A stretch of 64,000 nt of DNA from a virus, in IMG/VR virus record IMGVR_UViG_3300044644_000945, positions 1 through 64,000 of that record; one strand, written 5' to 3'. The notes under the pieces were generated by a model, which saw nothing but the letters and a program-made list of their open reading frames with translations, was not told the origin of the DNA and did not search any database. This document shows positions 11,073 to 20,698 of the stretch, piece by piece (position 1 is the first letter of the stretch; each line of letters starts with the position of its first letter). The position numbers and the translations under genes were made by a program.

Positions 11073-12806
11073 ATGGCTAATTATAGAGCAGTAGCATCAG
11101 GAAACTGGAGTAGTTTATCAACTTGGCAAGATGACAGTTTAGGTTATTTTGCTGCATCTACTGTTTTGCCTACAACAAATGATACTGTTTATTCAAATAA
11201 CTTTACAGTTACAATTGATGGAACAAGAGTAGCAAGTAGTATAAGAAATAGTACATTTACACCACCTACAACATTAGGAGCTGTTGCAACTGCAACAATG
11301 ACATCAAACACTACACCAAGTGGAATTGCTGCAGCAAGTGCTGCTCAATCTCCTGCTTGGCAAGCATTTGATAAAAATATTGCAACATTTTGGCAGACAC
11401 CTAGTTCAGGTCAAACAGGTTGGCTCTCATATCAATTTCCAACAGGAAAAATAATAAAAAAATATGGTTTTAATTCTGTAGCAACAATCACAATAAATCC
11501 AAAAACTTGGACTTTTGAAGGAAGCAATAATGGTTCAACTTGGACTGTATTAGATACACAAACAAATTTTCCTACACAAACAAATACCTTTTATTCGTTT
11601 GATATAAGTTCAAACACAACATCATATACATATTATAGAATAAATATAACTGCTACAACAGGAGGAGCATCAGGTATTGCACTTTATGAATTTGAAATGT
11701 CAGAGGTTACAAACCTTTATGGAAATGTAGTCGCAGGGGGTCAATTTATATTTGCTAATAATGGTGTATTAACTTGTAGTGCATCGCCTGCTATTGTTGT
11801 AGGAATAGCATCAGTTCCTGTTTTAGAAATGACTTTAGCAAACCCTAACACTGCTACTTTTAACGGAAGTGTTTTGACAGTGCCTAATAGTATTAACTTT
11901 AATGTTATTAGACATTCAGGTACAGGAACATTAAATCTAAATGGAAATTATAATTTAGATGGTAGTACTGCTAGAGTATTAATTCAAGTGTCACTTACAG
12001 GAACCCTAAATATTGTAGGAAATGTTACAGGTACTTATGGAGCAAATTTTGCAAATACTGTAGCTATGACTGCAGCTGGAACACTTAATATTACAGGAGA
12101 TGTTTCAGGTAATAATACAACTTTTACAAATGCATCAACAGTTTCTGCAACTTTAGGAAATGTCAATATTACAGGAAATACAACAGCAAGTGTATCACCT
12201 GCTGTCTATATGAGTTCAGCTATTAATTATACACAAATAGGAAACGTAAATGGTTCAACAACTCAAGCAGCTATTTTTAATATAAATGCACCAGCAACAA
12301 TTTCTGTAACAGGAATAATTACAGCAGGCACAGGAGCACCAGCAATATATTCTTCTATTGCTCTTACAACTGGGTATGGTTCTGGTACTTTTGTAAAGAT
12401 TAGTGGAAATGTAGTTAATTCATCTAATATAATGGCTATTGTAGCACCAAGAGTAACAATAGACACAAATACTTCAAGTTGGTTATTTCAGATAAGTACG
12501 GGTGGTAACAGAACATTATATGCAGCAGGTGTAGCTTTAGGAAATCCTGCAATAGGAGATGTTAGACTTGGAACAGTATATGGAGCATCAAGTGAGCTTA
12601 CAGGTACATTAGCTATGCCTATACCTGCAACAGTGCTATTAGGTGTATTGACTGATGCTACAACTGGAACTTTACTTATGACACCAGCAGACTTTTGGAA
12701 CTATTTAATTTCAAGTGGATTTACTGCTAATAGTATTGGAGATAGGTTGCAAAACGCTGCAACAGTAGCAACAACAGGAGGACAAATAGCAAGTTATAAT
12801 ATATAA
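11073..12806 (+). CDS. Tail spike/fibre paralog A with inserted discoidin (F5/8 type C)-like domain
   Basis: Beta-helix-like NITG repeats; AFD...W...PKTWTFEGSNNG..W...YYRINIT discoidin pattern. Confidence 0.65.
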   Translation: MANYRAVASGNWSSLSTWQDDSLGYFAASTVLPTTNDTVYSNNFTVTIDGTRVASSIRNSTFTPPTTLGAVATATMTSNTTPSGIAAASAAQSPAWQAFDKNIATFWQTPSSGQTGWLSYQFPTGKIIKKYGFNSVATITINPKTWTFEGSNNGSTWTVLDTQTNFPTQTNTFYSFDISSNTTSYTYYRINITATTGGASGIALYEFEMSEVTNLYGNVVAGGQFIFANNGVLTCSASPAIVVGIASVPVLEMTLANPNTATFNGSVLTVPNSINFNVIRHSGTGTLNLNGNYNLDGSTARVLIQVSLTGTLNIVGNVTGTYGANFANTVAMTAAGTLNITGDVSGNNTTFTNASTVSATLGNVNITGNTTASVSPAVYMSSAINYTQIGNVNGSTTQAAIFNINAPATISVTGIITAGTGAPAIYSSIALTTGYGSGTFVKISGNVVNSSNIMAIVAPRVTIDTNTSSWLFQISTGGNRTLYAAGVALGNPAIGDVRLGTVYGASSELTGTLAMPIPATVLLGVLTDATTGTLLMTPADFWNYLISSGFTANSIGDRLQNAATVATTGGQIASYNI

Positions 12807-12818
12807 AAATATTTAATT

Positions 12819-14087
12819 ATGGCAGTAAGATATGCAGTAGCAAATGGTAACTGGAGTAATCCAGCAACTTGGGATGGTGGGACATTGCCAACAAGTGCTG
12901 ACGATGTGTTTGCAAATAACTTTACAGTAACTATTAATGGAACTTTTACTGTACTTACAATAAGAAATGTAAGCAATACTACACCTCCTGTTGCTAATGG
13001 TGGTGGATTTACATTTGCTAATGGTGCTGATTTAACTTGTACTGCGTCAAATGGTTTTGTTGTTAGAGACATATCAAATTTATATCTTTTAACTTTTGAT
13101 TTACCAAGTGGGCAAAGTGCTACATTAAGAGCAAATGCTCTTACTGCTTCTGTAGCTGCAAGTGGTAGAAATATTTTAGTACAGAATACTGGTACTTTTA
13201 ATATGGTTGGGGATTATAGTATGCAACAAGCTGCTTCTTCTAGTAGAGCCACAATTTTTGTAAATGGTTCAACAACTATAAATATAATTGGGAATATAAC
13301 TTGTTCACAAACTGGTTTAAACACAAGTGCAACTTTATGGGTAACTGCTGGGACACCTACAATAAACATAACTGGAAATGTAACTGGTGGTTTAACAAAT
13401 AATGTTAGTTTTGGCAATGGTATTTTTACACAATCTGCTTCTACTATAAATATAACTGGTGATGTAACTACAAATTTAACAGCCTCTATTTTAGTTGGCG
13501 CTGGTGCAATAAATGTAATAGGAAATGTAACTGGTGGGAACGCCTTTCCTGCTATTAATAATACTACAACTGCTGTAACAATTTCTGTAACAGGAATAAT
13601 AACTGCTGGAACAGGAGCTCCTGCTATTTATTCTGCATTTGCTTTAACAAGTGGATATGGCTCTGGAACATTTGTTAAAGTAAGTGGTAATGTAGTTAAT
13701 TCAACTAATAATATTGCAATAGTTGCACCAAGAGTTACTATTGATACAAACACGTCAAGCTGGCTATTTCAAATATCAACAGGTGGAGATAGGATTTTGT
13801 ATGCAGCTGGAGTACCATTAGGTAATCCTGTAGTAAGTAATGTTAGATTTGGAACTATTTATGGTGCATCAAATGAGTTAACAGGAACAATGAGAGTTCC
13901 TACTGCAGCAAATGTATTACAGGGAGTTTTAGTAGATAATACTGTAGGTACATTATTAATGACACCTGCTCAATGTTGGAATTATTTAATATCATCAGGG
14001 TTTGTAGCAAATAGTATTGGTGAGAGATTACAAAATGCTAGTACAGTATCTACAACTGGTGCACAGTTAGCATCATATAACATTTAA
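12819..14087 (+). CDS. Tail spike/fibre paralog B
   Basis: Shares N-terminus and highly similar C-terminal ~170 aa with 11073-12806. Confidence 0.65.
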   Translation: MAVRYAVANGNWSNPATWDGGTLPTSADDVFANNFTVTINGTFTVLTIRNVSNTTPPVANGGGFTFANGADLTCTASNGFVVRDISNLYLLTFDLPSGQSATLRANALTASVAASGRNILVQNTGTFNMVGDYSMQQAASSSRATIFVNGSTTINIIGNITCSQTGLNTSATLWVTAGTPTINITGNVTGGLTNNVSFGNGIFTQSASTINITGDVTTNLTASILVGAGAINVIGNVTGGNAFPAINNTTTAVTISVTGIITAGTGAPAIYSAFALTSGYGSGTFVKVSGNVVNSTNNIAIVAPRVTIDTNTSSWLFQISTGGDRILYAAGVPLGNPVVSNVRFGTIYGASNELTGTMRVPTAANVLQGVLVDNTVGTLLMTPAQCWNYLISSGFVANSIGERLQNASTVSTTGAQLASYNI

Positions 14088-14102
14088 TAACAAATAAAAA
14101 TT

Positions 14103-14465
14103 ATGAAAACAATAAGAGAATTTTTAGTTAGAAACTTTGTACTTGACTACACAGTTAATCTGTTTGGAAAAATGTACAATGCTCCTAGAGCAAGTAGGAT
14201 TATATATCCTTTAATGGTTATAACAGGATGGTTTGCTGTAACTAATCCTGATTATCCAACACCTACATTTTTTATATGGGTGTTGTATGCATTGTTAGCA
14301 ACAGCTTTGTTTTTTGGATTTGTATATTTTAGATACTATCCTGCAAAATGGGAAGAGCTTGATAAGTTTCAAAAGTTCCAATATGGATTTTTCCCATACG
14401 CAAACTTAGATAGAGGTCAATATAGAGAATGGAAATTAATATGTAAAGAAATACAAAATAAATAA
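14103..14465 (+). CDS. Membrane protein
   Basis: Two hydrophobic helices. Confidence 0.55.
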   Translation: MKTIREFLVRNFVLDYTVNLFGKMYNAPRASRIIYPLMVITGWFAVTNPDYPTPTFFIWVLYALLATALFFGFVYFRYYPAKWEELDKFQKFQYGFFPYANLDRGQYREWKLICKEIQNK

Positions 14466-14471
14466 AAAACT

Positions 14472-14837
14472 ATGGAAACACTTATCAGCTTATTGAAAAC
14501 TATGTCAACCTTTTTTACAAGTTTTTCAGACATATTCTTTAAAAACTTTATTAAAGAACGCAGATACCTACATTTCTTTTTATCAGTAGCTATTGTATTA
14601 GCTTCTTTTATATTTGCATACTATTTTATGTACTTTGATGGTGGACCTGTTTGGGTTTACCTAGTAATAGGATGGTTTCAAGGATATGGTATTAACTGGG
14701 CAAGAGAATGGTATTACAATTACAAATCTAAATATGAAATAGAATTTGATTATTTAGATGTATATGCAGGAGCATATGGAGGAATAACAGCGTCTATACT
14801 TTACTTAATAATTATATATCAACAATGGCTAAACTAA
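14472..14837 (+). CDS. Membrane protein
   Basis: About 3 hydrophobic helices. Confidence 0.55.
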   Translation: METLISLLKTMSTFFTSFSDIFFKNFIKERRYLHFFLSVAIVLASFIFAYYFMYFDGGPVWVYLVIGWFQGYGINWAREWYYNYKSKYEIEFDYLDVYAGAYGGITASILYLIIIYQQWLN

Positions 14838-14962
14838 CTAACACAAGCAACTTTATTGCAAGACCAAGAGTTAAAAGACCTGGTGTACATTCTAAAAAAA
14901 GTACATCATCTTTAAAATCTTCTAAAAACTATAAAAAGTTATACAGAGGTCAAGGTAATTAA
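14825..14962 (+). CDS. Small basic protein (45 aa, MAKLT...KKLYRGQGN), below ORF-track cutoff
   Basis: ATG overlaps previous gene; K/R/S-rich; ends just before terminator. Confidence 0.55.
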   Translation: MAKLTNTSNFIARPRVKRPGVHSKKSTSSLKSSKNYKKLYRGQGN

Positions 14963-14964
14963 AG

Positions 14965-14993
14965 AAAAAGGGAGCTAAATGCTCCCTCTTTTT
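14965..14993. terminator. Bidirectional intrinsic terminator
   Basis: AAAAGGGAGC-TAAAT-GCTCCCTCTTTTT between convergent genes. Confidence 0.75.
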
Positions 14994-15615
14994 ATGGTCC
15001 AAAATAATAGGTTCCTGTAGATATATCTTCATTATTACCTTCTGCAATATTATAACAGTGTGTAGAAAGAGTAGATGTAGTTACTTTGTTCTTATCATCT
15101 TTCTTTATAAAGTATTTTGAAGTCTGCATGTATGTATAATCACAAGCTTCTTCAAATACTTTTATGTATTTTTCAGTAGCATTTAATACCATATCCCAAT
15201 CATATTCAGGATACTCCTGAAAAAACCATTTGAACTTTTCATATAGCTCTTTAGGATTAGTTCTAAAAGAAACACTGCTACCTTCTTTCTTACCTTTAGG
15301 AAATAATTCATTGTATTGTTTGATCTTTTCTTCCCAGTCTTCAAATTTTACTTTGCTAACTTTCTTTATTGTTTTAATGTTGCAAATATACACTTCAGAC
15401 TCATGCACAACATGTATAGCTTTTTGTGTAATGGTATAAAATATACCTTGGACTTCTGACTTGTGTTCTTCTAGAAAACCATTCAGTGATAGTTTATATT
15501 GTTCTGATGCATATGGTATACCTTTGATAGGTAAATTATACACCATAGAATACAAAATATAATGAGCATTTGGTGTAAGCTCATTGTTACTTAAAAAATC
15601 ATAAAACTCCTTCAT
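14992..15615 (-). CDS. Hypothetical phage protein (possible replication/DNA-binding)
   Basis: 207-aa ORF overlapping upstream gene. Confidence 0.5.
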   Translation of the reverse strand: MKEFYDFLSNNELTPNAHYILYSMVYNLPIKGIPYASEQYKLSLNGFLEEHKSEVQGIFYTITQKAIHVVHESEVYICNIKTIKKVSKVKFEDWEEKIKQYNELFPKGKKEGSSVSFRTNPKELYEKFKWFFQEYPEYDWDMVLNATEKYIKVFEEACDYTYMQTSKYFIKKDDKNKVTTSTLSTHCYNIAEGNNEDISTGTYYFGP

Positions 15616-16045
15616 ATTCTGGTTGGTTATAGGTTAATTTTAATTTTTCTACACCTTGCATAAACTTCATTCTTTCTATAATGTCTAAGCTACATATAAA
15701 ATCAACAATGTTTACTATATCTTTTGTATTTCTAGTTTTTATTAAATATTCTTTTAAATACATAGGATACTCTGCCATAAAATCATCATACACCTGTCTA
15801 AAATTTTTATCATAATCATATGCAATTTTAAATTTTTTAAGTGTGTATATCACAGTAGAATGATTTCTATTAACAGTTTTTGCTATAGCTGTAGTTGTCA
15901 TTGTAGAATCAAGAATTTTACAAATATGATAGTATACAGCACGTGCATACACTTCATCATTTTCTCTTGATTTTTTTGTTATGTCTACCTTAAAGAATGC
16001 ATTAACTCTTTCTCTAAGTAGGTTTATTTTATCAATTTTTGTCAT
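15599..16045 (-). CDS. DnaA domain-IV-like HTH protein
   Basis: ARAVYYHI...TTAIAKTVNRNHSTVIY resembles the DnaA C-terminal RDHTTV signature. Confidence 0.65.
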   Translation of the reverse strand: MTKIDKINLLRERVNAFFKVDITKKSRENDEVYARAVYYHICKILDSTMTTTAIAKTVNRNHSTVIYTLKKFKIAYDYDKNFRQVYDDFMAEYPMYLKEYLIKTRNTKDIVNIVDFICSLDIIERMKFMQGVEKLKLTYNQPEYEGVL

Positions 16046-16199
16046 TTTGTTGTAATTTAAGTTGAAAATATTCTTTTAAAAGTGCTCTTTTTTTATTAAC
16101 CAAGTGTTCATCATTAGAACCTTTACATTGTAATAAAAAAAGTTTGTGGTCTATCTTACTTATTTTCAAGACCAATTCATCAAGAAGTTCTGTGTTCAT
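16032..16199 (-). CDS. Hypothetical protein
   Basis: ATG at 16199 with A-rich leader; overlaps next gene. Confidence 0.4.
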   Translation of the reverse strand: MNTELLDELVLKISKIDHKLFLLQCKGSNDEHLVNKKRALLKEYFQLKLQQNDKN

Positions 16200-16298
16200 T
16201 TGTTTATAATTTTTAAAGTGACAACTGCAAAATTGGTGATAACTTGTCAATTATGCAATTTTTAAGAGTTAAAGTTTAAATTATTATTGAAAAAATAC

Positions 16299-16313
16299 TA
16301 TATTATAGTGTAA
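16299..16313 (+). promoter_or_regulatory. Putative late promoter TATATTATAGTGTAA (lysis cassette)
   Basis: Near-identical to 8354-8368. Confidence 0.45.
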
Positions 16314-16347
16314 AGATGTCTTATACTAATTTTTATTTTTTATTGCC

Positions 16348-16554
16348 ATGCTCCACCAAGTTGACCTAAAAGTACAATTGTTAGCAGGATTTGCTATAAT
16401 TGTGGCTTCAATTGCAGAAGTTGAAACTTTCTTGAGATTTTTGTTACTAATTGTTTCTATCATTTATACAATCTACAAGATTGTAGATAGATTCAAAGAA
16501 AAAGAAAAAGAGAAAAAAGGTATAATAACTAAAAATGATGATGATGATGAATAA
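16348..16554 (+). CDS. Holin-like membrane protein
   Basis: Two TM segments and charged C-tail; first gene of lysis cassette. Confidence 0.6.
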   Translation: MLHQVDLKVQLLAGFAIIVASIAEVETFLRFLLLIVSIIYTIYKIVDRFKEKEKEKKGIITKNDDDDE

Positions 16555-16762
16555 TTTAAAAAACAAAAAAACTACAATTACAGGATTAATTCTTGCTATA
16601 TTAGTAGGTATTCAACCTCTTACTACTGTAGAAGGATTTGATATTAAAAAAGACTGGTTTCAATTGATACTAGCAGGTGCAATTGCTGTATTTGGATGGT
16701 TAGCACAAGATTCAGAAATAAACAGTATAGCTGAAAAAAATAAAAAACTTAAAGGTGAATAA
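16535..16762 (+). CDS. Holin/antiholin-like membrane protein
   Basis: KTTITGLILA...two TM segments; exact start among tandem ATGs uncertain. Confidence 0.55.
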   Translation: MMMMMNNLKNKKTTITGLILAILVGIQPLTTVEGFDIKKDWFQLILAGAIAVFGWLAQDSEINSIAEKNKKLKGE

Positions 16763-17378
16763 CTTTAAAAAACACAGTACACTAATTATTGTTGGCATAT
16801 TGCTATTAATAATTCTATTACAAAGATCTTGTACAGGTGATGTAGTAGTTCAAGAACCTACTACTGTAGTTAAGATTGATACAGTATGGAAAATAAAACA
16901 TGATACTGTTATCAAAAAAATCAGAGTTACAGATATAAAATATGTTAAACCTGATGGTCCTGAATATACTTCAGGAGAACACATAGATACATGTAGAGCA
17001 AGATTTAATTACTTGCTGAAACAGCATAGTGCAAGAAGAGTATATAAAGACACAATTAAACTAGATAGTTTAGGTACAATTACAGTTATTGATACTGTAT
17101 GGTTGAACAAACTAAAAAATAGAAGTTACATTAATAATTACAAAATACCTCTTGTCACTAAGACAATTACAATTATAAAACAAGCTGATCCTAAAAGACA
17201 ATTGTATATAGGAGGTAATTTGTTTGGTGACAAGACAACTTTACAATCAATTACTCCTGGTCTTATATATAAAGACAGAAAGGACAGAGTGTATCAAGCT
17301 AATGTTGGTGTAAACTTTGATGGTACATTGACATTTGGTGTTGGTACATATTGGAAAATTAATCTAAACAAAAAATAA
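16755..17378 (+). CDS. Spanin-like / membrane-anchored lysis accessory protein
   Basis: N-terminal TM followed by RSC; DTV repeats; beta-rich C-terminus ending in aromatic residue; precedes endolysin. Confidence 0.5.
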   Translation: MNNFKKHSTLIIVGILLLIILLQRSCTGDVVVQEPTTVVKIDTVWKIKHDTVIKKIRVTDIKYVKPDGPEYTSGEHIDTCRARFNYLLKQHSARRVYKDTIKLDSLGTITVIDTVWLNKLKNRSYINNYKIPLVTKTITIIKQADPKRQLYIGGNLFGDKTTLQSITPGLIYKDRKDRVYQANVGVNFDGTLTFGVGTYWKINLNKK

Positions 17379-17384
17379 TAACCA

Positions 17385-17801
17385 ATGGTAACAAGTGCAC
17401 AATGTTTAAAAAAATATGGTGATCCTACTAAAGAGTCTAATATGACTCTATGGGATATACCAGCTGAATTAGAAGTAGGAGTAATACCAAAAAGACTTTA
17501 TTGTAATAAAGATATGGTAGCACCTCTTACACAAGCATTCAAAAATCTTATAGCAACAGGTTTTGTAAAAGAACTAAAGACATGGGATGGATGCTTTAAC
17601 ATAAGAAAGAAGAGAGGATTAACTAGTATGTCATTACATTCATGGGGAATTGCCATAGATGTTAATGCAGCATGGAATGGTCTTGGTAAAACACCAGTAT
17701 TATCTGCAGGATTTGTAAAATGTTTTACAGATGCTGGTTTTGACTGGGGAGGTACGTGGACACGCAAGGATGGAATGCACTTCCAACTTGCAAAAATATA
17801 A
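17385..17801 (+). CDS. Endolysin, M15-family Zn peptidase
   Basis: R...SLHSWGIAID...DWGG.W...DGMHFQ motifs. Confidence 0.85.
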   Translation: MVTSAQCLKKYGDPTKESNMTLWDIPAELEVGVIPKRLYCNKDMVAPLTQAFKNLIATGFVKELKTWDGCFNIRKKRGLTSMSLHSWGIAIDVNAAWNGLGKTPVLSAGFVKCFTDAGFDWGGTWTRKDGMHFQLAKI

Positions 17802-17845
17802 AACAACTGTTCTTTAATGTTAGTTGGTTTCTTCTCTCTTCTGTT

Positions 17846-17873
17846 GAAAGACCCCCATTCCTGGGGGTTTTTC
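17846..17873. terminator. Bidirectional terminator
   Basis: GAAAGACCCCCA-TTCC-TGGGGGTTTTTC between convergent genes. Confidence 0.75.
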
Positions 17874-17877
17874 TATT

Positions 17878-18069
17878 TTACCATAAGTCATCTTTACCAG
17901 GATATCTCATCACTTCTGCATTTCTGTTATGCCTCAGTGCTTCACGTAAAGAATCAAATTCTTCAAAAGGTTCATGAGGTTCTATACCACAACCATCTTC
18001 ATACAGATATATGTATGGACAGCCTCTATCTTCTTCTTGCTTGTGTACAAGAGTTACTATTATTCTCAT
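17878..18069 (-). CDS. Hypothetical protein
   Basis: ATGA-coupled to upstream ORF. Confidence 0.5.
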   Translation of the reverse strand: MRIIVTLVHKQEEDRGCPYIYLYEDGCGIEPHEPFEEFDSLREALRHNRNAEVMRYPGKDDLW

Positions 18070-18341
18070 AAAGATTCTTTAGTACCTATTTCATATACTG
18101 GACCAGAATTTATAATTCTTAAAAGTATTTCAAGTTTTTCTGCTTCAGCATAATCTATATTATTTTTTTTAAATGGTGTTTGTATTGATAAGCCATCACC
18201 ATCATCTTTTATTTTAAAAGCTGTTTCACCTCTTAAATGACTACTCCAAAAGTCTATATTAGGATATAACAATGTGTGTATCATACCATTTTTTTCATAA
18301 TCATACTGGTATTCACCATCTATAAATATTTGTTGCTTCAT
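18066..18341 (-). CDS. Hypothetical protein
   Basis: ORF within operon. Confidence 0.55.
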   Translation of the reverse strand: MKQQIFIDGEYQYDYEKNGMIHTLLYPNIDFWSSHLRGETAFKIKDDGDGLSIQTPFKKNNIDYAEAEKLEILLRIINSGPVYEIGTKESL

Positions 18342-18357
18342 TGTGTTTTTTGTTATG

Positions 18358-19209
18358 TTAAAAAATATATCTAATGTTTTTTAGATCAAAGTAGCTGCCA
18401 TACAACTCTTTAAACTCTTCAATCATTTTTGCTTTTAGCTGATACTTATATCTAATGTTGTCAGCAGCATATTGTGAATCTTTTGATTCTTGTATTTCTG
18501 GTTTCCAGCACAATGTATTTACATCATCACCAGCATTTTTGTAAGATGTGTTATTATAAGTTAGAAATATGCATTCACAAGGTAGATTTATACCTAAATA
18601 AGCAAGTTTTTCAAATAATAACTTATATTCTTCAAGCCATCCTTCTTCATATATGATAGGACTAAAGTTGATATGTACTTCCATCTTCTCTTGCAGCTTA
18701 GGAATCATTGCAATTCTATCAGCAATACTATCAGTGTTTGGTTCTAGTATATCTGCATACTTTTGAGGCATAAGACTTACTCTTATCCTGTGTTTTCCAG
18801 CTGTCAAGTTATACTTGACTATTGGAAACTTAGTAGGATACTTAGTAGCAAATGTTGATTTAAGCTTAGGATGTGCATTAAAGAAATCAAATACACTTTG
18901 CCAGTTGTAATGTTTACTATGTAAAGGTATATCAGTACTACATCCTATATCTATGCAGTAATATTTGTCATCAACCTGATTAGGTATTTTTGGCATTGGT
19001 AATGCTTCTGACCATTTGTGTATTGAAGAAAGTATATCATCTGTATTCTCATTAATGTACACTTTGTCATTATTAAATCTACCTACATAGCAATAACTTT
19101 TCATGCAGCCACCTAAACAACCATAAATAAAATTGGGAGAAATAGCATCACTACTCCTCCCATTAAATCTGGTAACTAAAGTTTTTGTTTTTTGTTTTAT
19201 TATTTTCAT
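18358..19209 (-). CDS. Spore photoproduct lyase-like radical SAM protein
   Basis: SSD.ISPNF..GC...C....CY, DIGCSTD, FATK, RIRVSL.P, NFSPII, YKY motifs typical of SplB family. Confidence 0.75.
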   Translation of the reverse strand: MKIIKQKTKTLVTRFNGRSSDAISPNFIYGCLGGCMKSYCYVGRFNNDKVYINENTDDILSSIHKWSEALPMPKIPNQVDDKYYCIDIGCSTDIPLHSKHYNWQSVFDFFNAHPKLKSTFATKYPTKFPIVKYNLTAGKHRIRVSLMPQKYADILEPNTDSIADRIAMIPKLQEKMEVHINFSPIIYEEGWLEEYKLLFEKLAYLGINLPCECIFLTYNNTSYKNAGDDVNTLCWKPEIQESKDSQYAADNIRYKYQLKAKMIEEFKELYGSYFDLKNIRYIF

Positions 19210-19757
19210 TCATTCAAATTTGCTCTGTTCTGATGTACTTCTTTATCCATCTGATCATAATAATCTTTAATCTGATCATCAAGTACTACAGTAACTTTTT
19301 TAGTTTTACAGCTCATCTTATGGATACCAGCTGGTTGATTACAATAGGCACACTTCTCTGTAATGATTTTCATTCCTGTATCAGTCTTTTGGAAATCTTT
19401 AACTACATAATCTTTGAATCCAAAGCTACCTAATGACATGCCTCTAGTAATATAGGGACCACCAGATGGATCAATCATGTCAATCTCATTTTCCAGTGAG
19501 TCAACCATCCTTACATACTCAGGATAATCATATGTAAGAGTTTCATCATCATAATCATGAACAGCATTTTTAAATTGATTTAATGTCATAAGTGATTGCT
19601 TACCATCATTATCTTTTAAATAAGCTGCATATGCTCTTGTATAGTCATTAGGCATACCAATTCTGCAAAAATCAAAATTACCTTCCCACAAGATGTCATG
19701 ATTATCATCTTCAGTAAATGTAAACACATCACCATATCTGTTTTTATATTCTCTCAT
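19206..19757 (-). CDS. Hypothetical protein
   Basis: 183-aa ORF, DPSGGPY motif, C-terminal CxxC/HxxxC. Confidence 0.55.
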   Translation of the reverse strand: MREYKNRYGDVFTFTEDDNHDILWEGNFDFCRIGMPNDYTRAYAAYLKDNDGKQSLMTLNQFKNAVHDYDDETLTYDYPEYVRMVDSLENEIDMIDPSGGPYITRGMSLGSFGFKDYVVKDFQKTDTGMKIITEKCAYCNQPAGIHKMSCKTKKVTVVLDDQIKDYYDQMDKEVHQNRANLNE

Positions 19758-20434
19758 ATAATCTTTTCTTTAGTTAATATTTCTCTAACTTTTTCTATAA
19801 GATCTTCTATAGTTCCATCATTGATAATTTCATAATCAAATTCTGCATCATCAAGAGCTGTCTCACTAGGATGTGTTCCAGTTGAGGTTCCAGGTCTCAC
19901 CACTCTAATAGTAATACCTTTTCTTTTTACAACAGCTTCCATTTCATTAGGAAATCTCATGTCTGTTATACACCAGTTAGGTAATATATCTGCTCCTTTT
20001 AAACGTGCAACAGGATTGTAATCAGCAAACAAAGCATTAACCCACACATTTGTATGTAAGCCATCACGCATTGCTTCAGTTCCTAATTTTTGTAGTAACT
20101 GTCTAACAGACATACAAACCATTACAGGTTCACCATCATCATAATACTCATCAGGATATGCATAACTCCACTCTTTACCTAGATCAGTTTTCTTAAACTC
20201 TTGGTCTTCAAAGTTCTTTACAGGAATACCTGTAAGTAATGATGCAATAGTTTTTAACTTTTCTGCAAACTTTTTAATTTTCCAATTACTAAAAGGTTCA
20301 GATCCATTGTCTAATTCTTCTAAACTAGAATATTGCATGTTTTTTGGTAATTTTTTATTTGCAACTAAGTATTGAATAATACTACCAATAGTATCTTTAC
20401 CAGATCCTATTTTTCCATTTATGCCTATAATCAT
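19754..20434 (-). CDS. Deoxynucleoside monophosphate kinase
   Basis: GKIGSGKDT P-loop; R.LLQ.LGTE..R; ITDMRFPNE; H.SE. Confidence 0.9.
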   Translation of the reverse strand: MIIGINGKIGSGKDTIGSIIQYLVANKKLPKNMQYSSLEELDNGSEPFSNWKIKKFAEKLKTIASLLTGIPVKNFEDQEFKKTDLGKEWSYAYPDEYYDDGEPVMVCMSVRQLLQKLGTEAMRDGLHTNVWVNALFADYNPVARLKGADILPNWCITDMRFPNEMEAVVKRKGITIRVVRPGTSTGTHPSETALDDAEFDYEIINDGTIEDLIEKVREILTKEKII

Positions 20435-20538
20435 TTTATTGTTTTGTTTTTAGTGTTACATGTTTTACATTTAAGTGTTTCAGGATCAAAGTTTTTCTCT
20501 GTCTTACACTTATCACAATATTTATATAATGCTATCAT
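20431..20538 (-). CDS. 35-aa zinc-ribbon peptide
   Basis: MIALYKYCDKC...CKTC; ATGA overlaps at both ends. Confidence 0.5.
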   Translation of the reverse strand: MIALYKYCDKCKTEKNFDPETLKCKTCNTKNKTIK

Positions 20539-20684
20539 GATATTCTAGAGTTAATACATTCTCTACTAATGTCTATACTTTGATAGCGTTTGAGATATCT
20601 TCTAAGTATCTCTTTTTTGTCAAGTTCTGAGTTGCTAAATCTAACCTTGATTTGAGCATAAGTAACTTTTATAAAATCTTTCAT
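20535..20684 (-). CDS. 49-aa hypothetical protein
   Basis: MKDFIKVTY...; fills gap; coupled to next ORF. Confidence 0.45.
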   Translation of the reverse strand: MKDFIKVTYAQIKVRFSNSELDKKEILRRYLKRYQSIDISRECINSRIS

Positions 20685-20698
20685 AGTTGTACAATTAT

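Noticed and set aside
11073-14087. Diversity-generating retroelement template/variable repeat in the paralogous fibre ends
   Set aside because: Differences are mostly synonymous and not adenine-specific; both copies are coding; no reverse transcriptase in the window
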